Source of the DNA: Chrysomallon squamiferum
Taxonomy: Eukaryota > Animalia > Mollusca
Assembly (NCBI GenBank): GCA_012295275.1
Contig: CM022676.1
Coordinates: forward strand, 10,044,001-10,108,000
Length of the DNA: 64,000 nucleotides
Direction of reading: 5' to 3'
Shown here: positions 41,378-64,000 of the stretch, in pieces
Position numbering within the stretch: position 1 is the first letter of the stretch
Layout of the letters: each line of letters opens with the position of its first letter
Made by a program: the position numbers and the translations under genes
Notes under the pieces: generated by a model
What the model saw: only the letters and a program-made list of their open reading frames with translations
The model's database searches: none
What the model was told of the DNA's origin: nothing

Positions 41378-42366
41378 AAATGACATTAATGTCTTTTTTT
41401 ATGTCTCTTTTTATAAATGATATTCATATATATAAACTTAAATTTTATTTATTTACCTGTCAATAAAAATCATAGAGTATCCTTTTTATACAAATTTCAT
41501 TAAAAAATCATAATAAATAAATAAATATATAAATAAATAAAAACATGAAAATCTGAAATCCAGTATTGAGTTCATTAAATTATAAAATATTATAAATATC
41601 AAAGTATTTTACTAATATGAAGAGGTGTATTTTCTTATCTTTTTTTTAAATAAATCATGAATTTGTATTGTTTTCAAATAATATATTTCTATTAAATCTT
41701 AATTACATTTTAACTGATGATGCAGTTTATTTAATTCTGCTTTAAAGTCAATCTTTTTTATATATAAAAGTAAAACTGTGCATATCAAAACGGAAAAAAA
41801 TATTAATTAGTAATTACAAACCTATCTCCAAATGACCTCTTCCACCAGTCAGAGGCATCTCCCTTGGTAATTCTGAAGGTTTCTCCTGCAAATGTACCAC
41901 TTGGGGTTGGGTAAATGGCCTTCAACTCGGCCAACATGTGAGAAAATACCAATGACAATTTGGTTAGATTTCTACGGAAATGAGAATTTTCATCAAACAT
42001 TTTTTCCCTTCCATCTCTAAAAAGTTTGAGCGTGTTTTTGCACTTGTTCATCAAATTCTCAATAAACAGTCTGAAATATTCACACTCGTTCAACGTCTGT
42101 AATTTGTCGTCATGTTTCATGCAGATCATTCGTAAATGTTGATAAGTATCGGGAAGAATATCCAAAATGAACGGGGGACTGTTTCGTAAATTCATTCGCG
42201 AATGCTGACACAACTTCACAACTTTGTCCATCATTTTCCATGATTTTTCGATAGTCTTTTTGTCGACGACCATCGGTTTGGGAGGAGCCAAAACTTCTTG
42301 AATTTTGGTAAGAACTGCTCCAAAATTTTTGGACTGATGATTTCTTCCTTTGCCACTCACCGCCAT
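15595..42366 (-). CDS. CBL: E3 ubiquitin-protein ligase CBL (TKB, RING, Pro-rich and UBA domains), 12 coding exons, about 701 aa
   Basis: Exons (minus strand) 42366-41822, 35459-35313, 32416-32285, 26264-26127, 25102-24883, 23725-23582, 22940-22896, 21289-21168, 20309-20194, 19517-19374, 17018-16898 and 15826-15595. All are GT-AG, phases join, and the total is 2106 nt. Motifs: [57 protein letters not shown]-terminal UBA. Confidence 0.96.
15878..16335. repeat. minisatellite, about 40 bp unit, next to the CBL exon 12 acceptor
   Basis: tagaaaacagtatttctaatattaattattaacagttgat, about 11 copies. Confidence 0.9.
16898..17018 (-). CDS. CBL: CBL exon 11 (alternative in-frame acceptor at 16997)
   Basis: Encodes (TLFSVTG)[33 protein letters not shown]; donor CC|gtatgt; phase 1-2 bridges exons 10 and 12. 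Confidence 0.75.
19374..19517 (-). CDS. CBL: CBL exon 10 (YxxP motifs)
   Basis: Encodes [47 protein letters not shown]; donor G|gtaac. Confidence 0.83.
20194..20309 (-). CDS. CBL: CBL exon 9 (Pro-rich; tandem CAGCAG acceptor)
   Basis: Encodes [38 protein letters not shown]; donor A|gtgagt. Confidence 0.85.
20330..20830. repeat. degenerate repeat with ATTGG/CCAAT at about 41-bp spacing (CBL intron 8)
   Basis: ATTGG at 20334, 20374, 20414, 20456, 20541, 20583, 20624, 20739, 20780 and 20821; recurring cctgatcagaagatgcattctgattggct. Confidence 0.8.
21168..21289 (-). CDS. CBL: CBL exon 8 (Pro-rich)
   Basis: Encodes [40 protein letters not shown]; donor AG|gtatgt. Confidence 0.88.
21295..21650. 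repeat. tandem repeat, about 110-120 bp x3, beginning at the CBL exon 8 acceptor
   Basis: ttttaataatattaaaa...tataggctacatatat...aaaataaaaatttccaaaaatgtaaaataaa repeated. Confidence 0.8.
22896..22940 (-). CDS. CBL: CBL exon 7 (45 nt, symmetric)
   Basis: ttcgcag|GATGGA...CCCAGG|gtaaat; encodes [15 protein letters not shown]; phase 0-0 fits the neighbours; no homology support. Confidence 0.7.
23582..23725 (-). CDS. CBL: CBL exon 6 (RING C-half)
   Basis: Encodes [27 protein letters not shown]...DIDDEE; donor GAG|gtaagt. Confidence 0.95.
24045..24882 (-). repeat. tandem decayed copies of the CBL exon 5 3' end and donor (pseudo-exon array)
   Basis: Units cccttacctgccactgagttagacagaggg...aaggttctatc..catgtctttatcattct align to exon 5 (24883-24965); the copy translated by hand (24108-24190) has a frameshift and stops. 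Confidence 0.9.
24883..25102 (-). CDS. CBL: CBL exon 5 (linker and RING N-half)
   Basis: Encodes [14 protein letters not shown]...[50 protein letters not shown]; donor CAG|gtaagg. Confidence 0.96.
25728..26130. repeat. 39-42 bp minisatellite including the CBL exon 4 donor
   Basis: aaaagtaactgtgaaaactgacaatctcttacaaaaatat, about 10 copies; the last copy contains the real donor (aaacttac|aagccc). Confidence 0.9.
26127..26264 (-). CDS. CBL: CBL exon 4 (SH2-like)
   Basis: Encodes [46 protein letters not shown]; donor TT|gtaagt. Confidence 0.95.
26850..27097. mobile_element. interspersed repeat (MITE-like), partial copy
   Basis: Reverse-complement match over about 250 bp to 36538-36778 (e.g. 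ctggtaccaaggcatctaaatacgtaaataattag; acaactgtgacacgtaaaca.tgtggcgagtgaatgaa). Confidence 0.75.
32285..32416 (-). CDS. CBL: CBL exon 3
   Basis: Encodes [44 protein letters not shown]; donor AG|gtaagc. Confidence 0.95.
34015..34275. repeat. minisatellite, about 36-38 bp unit
   Basis: agatgccaatgaaaataacaatgtttttatattgtc, about 7 copies. Confidence 0.85.
35313..35459 (-). CDS. CBL: CBL exon 2 (EF-hand)
   Basis: Encodes [49 protein letters not shown]; donor CG|gtatgt. Confidence 0.95.
35655..35860 (-). mobile_element. degenerate SINE-like remnant
   Basis: gagaggaaaccc...tgggtgctattttt..ttagcagcaagaatct..tgtaccttcccaca...tggaatgggaaaa resembles the reverse complement of 2113-2350 and, from recall only, a gastropod tRNA-SINE core. 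Confidence 0.45.
36470..36812. mobile_element. interspersed repeat (MITE-like), longer copy
   Basis: Inverse copy of 26850-27097; imperfect terminal inversion (gtacc..accaattatctgg ... ctggaaaattggtac) and repeated subterminal ccagaaa motifs; no transposase ORF. Confidence 0.65.
37005..37465. repeat. tandem repeat, about 120 bp x about 4
   Basis: ggatatgctatattctgtgaaacagcaaatatttgtctaactttcccattatgatacaataattaattttctacag... at about 37099, 37220 and 37342. Confidence 0.9.
40175..40645. repeat. degenerate tandem repeat, about 58-65 bp unit
   Basis: aaaataactagcttctgtgaatgtattaatgtaaataatgtttat repeated about 7 times. Confidence 0.75.
41822..42366 (-). CDS. CBL: CBL exon 1 (4-helix bundle of the TKB domain)
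   Basis: ATG in aagATGGcg; encodes ...[37 protein letters not shown]...[21 protein letters not shown]...FGDR; donor AG|gtttgt. Confidence 0.96.
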
Positions 42367-42684
42367 CTTGTTCTTGTCCTTCCTGGTTACCCTAGTTTTA
42401 CAAGTACGGCAGTTAGTGCGTGGCCATTAAAACTTGGGTGAATTAGTGAAAATTTCTACGGTGGAGCGTTCGTGCCTTATTTTTATTTGCGACTGACCTT
42501 ATATTTACCTAACATTTGTTTTTTCAAAAACCTACCTTTGAAATAACGATCGAGGAAGTAGTAATAATAATTATTACTAGCATTACCACTACTATTACAA
42601 CTTCTAATACTACTGAGTAGTACCGTTATTACTGCTGCAAATATGAAGTGATGCAAGAAAGGTTAATATTCTATTTAAATAATA

Positions 42685-42752
<68 letters not shown>

Positions 42753-43006
42753 TTTCTATATAGATATAAGATAATATTCACTTTTCAGTTATCAGTTTTA
42801 TTACTAATCCTCTGTCGTGAATTAAGTGGAAAAAATATCAAAAACAATTTTAGCAACTGTTAAACATCATCCAGAGCCACTGCTTAAACTGTTTTTAAAT
42901 TTATATAAATTTATATATTTTTTTCTCCTTTATTATTCATTGTTTTATTTTAAACCGTGACACTGTTTTATTTGAAATAGTGGTAGAAAATAAAATCACT
43001 ACGTAA

Positions 43007-43080
43007 GGCCTGTTAATTCAGTTGGTTAGAGTGTCGTGCTAATAACGCGAATGTCGTGGGTTCGATCCCCACATGGGCCA
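43007..43080 (+). tRNA. tRNA-Ile (anticodon AAT), variant and possibly a pseudogene
   Basis: 74 nt, GGCCTGT...ATGGGCC-A; anticodon arm TCGTG-CTAATAA-CGCGA; T arm GTGGG-TTCGATC-CCCAC; TTTTT about 10 nt downstream. The A-box reads TAATTCAG instead of TAGCTCAG. Confidence 0.85.
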
Positions 43081-43110
43081 AATATAAAGTTTTTAAAATA
43101 TATTATTATA

Positions 43111-43154
<44 letters not shown>

Positions 43155-43554
43155 GAATAATAATTTAATATATGTTATTAGTTAATATTTCACTGTTTGG
43201 TATATATTCTATTATCTAATCATTGGCACAAAATAATTCAAGCTTGTAGGTCTTATCAAATGAAGCTAAAAATATGACACTAATTTTGTCAGCATTGCTA
43301 TATAGATTTGTTTTTCTGTTGTTTAGTTGTTGTTGTTGTTGTTGTTTTTGTTATTTTTTCATTATGACAAACAGTATCATTCATAACTGATTATTGTTGC
43401 TCTTTTGTTCCATTATTATATTTGTGTCATTATTTCATTATAAAAAGAAAGGAAAATGAAATAAATAAAGTCCTGATTTATTTTGAAAATAAAACTGCTG
43501 CCAACAGTAATGTACGGGGGAAAAAAAGAAGAAGAAGAAAACGGGAAAATTAAG

Positions 43555-43659
<105 letters not shown>

Positions 43660-44463
43660 TATTCATATTCAGTCAAACATATATTATTTAAAACTCCCCC
43701 CCTAAAATAACGTTTATCTCATTGTCGTACTTTCTAATAAATGACCAAATTTCAAAGGTATTAACTTTATCACCATTAAACAGGTTGTCAGAAAGTGAAT
43801 AATAGAAAATGGACTTTGAAATAGATGAACTATATATTTACGTAATTTATTTTGTGAATCCAATTGTGTGTAGTATCGCTATAGATATCAGCCTGCTTAT
43901 TGTGAATGAATGTTATAGCATAAGACTTATAGTAGTAACTTGGACACAAATTAAGTTCATATAGCACGAAAAACATCTGCTAAACAATTTGAATTCTCGC
44001 ATTTTTATATAGTTCTGAATTATTAACTTCATTTCCGATTAGTTTCCTATCATTAACACATAAAGATATCATTTTTTTTTTTTTTTTCACATAAATAATG
44101 TGATTATCCGACATAAACAATAAAATAATTATACTTGGTCGCATAACTTGACATTGTGTCTAAGCTGTGATTAAAACTAATTACGTATTCGATTTCCATG
44201 CATGAATTACTCATTTACTGTTTCTGATAAATAAGACACCAACGGCTTACCATAGAAATGGCGTGGGAGGGCGTATTCACTGCTAAGTACGATTCTTTAT
44301 AGGTGATATTTTCAGAAAAATGGTTTAGGTTTCAAATTTTATTTTCAAAGCAAATAATATTTTAATGTTTATATTATAAATTCTTTAATTTTTGATGCTG
44401 ACCTAAATTTACGACATATTTTTGACAGTTCACTTTCATTTTCGGTAAACACGTCAATCCAAA

Positions 44464-62542
<18,079 letters not shown>

Positions 62543-62994
62543 CACGAATTTGGGGACAGGGTGTGGTGTGTGTGTGTGTGTGTGTGTATATGGTTCGAGT
62601 ATTTATGGGTACTTCTGTTTTTCATTTATGTTCTTTGATTTTTTTTTAAAAATTTATGTGTCTGTTATTTATTTATTTATTTATTTATTCTAATACTTCA
62701 TTTTGTTTTTTGTTTTTTTTTTTTAAGGATAAGTGCAAATATTATCATAACAAAAAAAAAAAAACACCTAACATAAGGTGTTATGAATTATTTTATGACA
62801 TTTTATGCGAACCTGGAAAGTGGAGAGACAACATTTTGTGCATTAAAATATTTTGTGCATGTATTTATTTAATTTCAAATCATGCCTGTGTATGTATGAT
62901 TTAGCAAAAAAAATAATTACCAATATGATGAACATTTTCATGAGATGGCAAAGGTTATGTGAGTGTATTTGAGAAAGAGAGGGAGAAATAAATA

Positions 62995-63065
<71 letters not shown>

Positions 63066-64000
63066 ATAAATTGTGGTACATATGTATATCATTAATTGTA
63101 TTTATATATATTTAAGATAATGTATTTATATTTCTTTCGCTGTGTATAAATTTGAGAGATTGATAACCATCTTCACTGATAATGAATTATAAATACTTAA
63201 TGTCTCAAGATAATGTGTTCAAATCAGTGATACTCAGTCTTGTGTAGATAACAACCTCGGATCAGATTAATAACTTTAAAACGGTCTGATTTTGCTTGTA
63301 AATTCTCCTCCTTTTGTGTCTACTTCTGTCATTGTCCTGATTTTTATGATTCCTGTTACTCGTTAGGTTTTGGTTTGTTTAGTTTCTTTTGAGGGTGTTT
63401 TATTTATTTGTCTGGATTTTTTTTTTTGTTTTTTTTTTTTTTAATTTTATTTCTTTATTTTTACAATTTTTTTTATTGGAATACATTTTACAAAATCGAA
63501 AGGAAAACTGATCACCATCTTGTTTAAAGTCTTTAAACATTGAAAATCTTAAACACAGGAACAGCTCTGATATAAATTACAGGTAATTTTGCTTGCGTGG
63601 TGATGAAATCAGCTAATTAAAAATATTTATTTTATATTATTTTTAATATGTGCAATTCCATACAGTCCTTAACACATTAACAAGAGTTACTTCCCTTTGA
63701 CGAATTAATATTTTCATTAGGCTGAATTTCTCTCTTGAATAATCTGTCACATAACTGGGTTGTCTTGTCATGAATAATCAAATTTTATCATACTTCTGTT
63801 TGACAGAGTATGTTGTTTGTTTTGCCATTGTTGAAAAAAGCTAGTGTAACTAGAGTGGTCTTTCTTGAACACCTTATCACTGGCATAGGTATGAATTTCC
63901 TTTTCAACAATCAAAACTTAACAAAATCTTAAGTTAACTTTCTTGAATACTTTAACATTTTGTGAGTTATCTCTATTTAACAGTCTAAGCTTACCAGCAT

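Overview
AT-rich, microsatellite-dense animal genomic DNA. An invertebrate, possibly a gastropod mollusc, is suggested by SINE-like remnants; this assignment is low confidence. Three spliced genes were rebuilt by hand from GT-AG junctions and recalled protein homology: the last five coding exons of DPAGT1 (+, 690-4460), a complete 12-exon CBL E3 ligase (-, 42366-15595, about 701 aa) and a 17-exon TBC1D23 (+, 44464-62542, about 674 aa). CBL and TBC1D23 are head-to-head, with a variant tRNA-Ile(AAT) between them. Most ORFs in the supplied track are microsatellite artefacts. Main observations: (1) many splice junctions in all three genes are re-copied as decaying tandem 'echoes' into the adjacent intron, often keeping an intact donor or acceptor; (2) the CBL RING-exon echoes differ from the live exon mostly at third codon positions; (3) a candidate 90-nt symmetric cassette exon in TBC1D23 intron 1 duplicates the N-terminal helix; (4) there is a 2-nt frameshift in the TBC1D23 rhodanese exon and a second phase conflict at exons 13/14; (5) inverted repeat copies flank CBL exons 2-3, predicting a 279-nt stop-free circRNA; (6) two unrelated repeats carry CCAAT boxes at about 41-42 bp spacing; (7) the DPAGT1-CBL-TBC1D23 linkage mirrors the human 11q23 and 3q12-13 regions.
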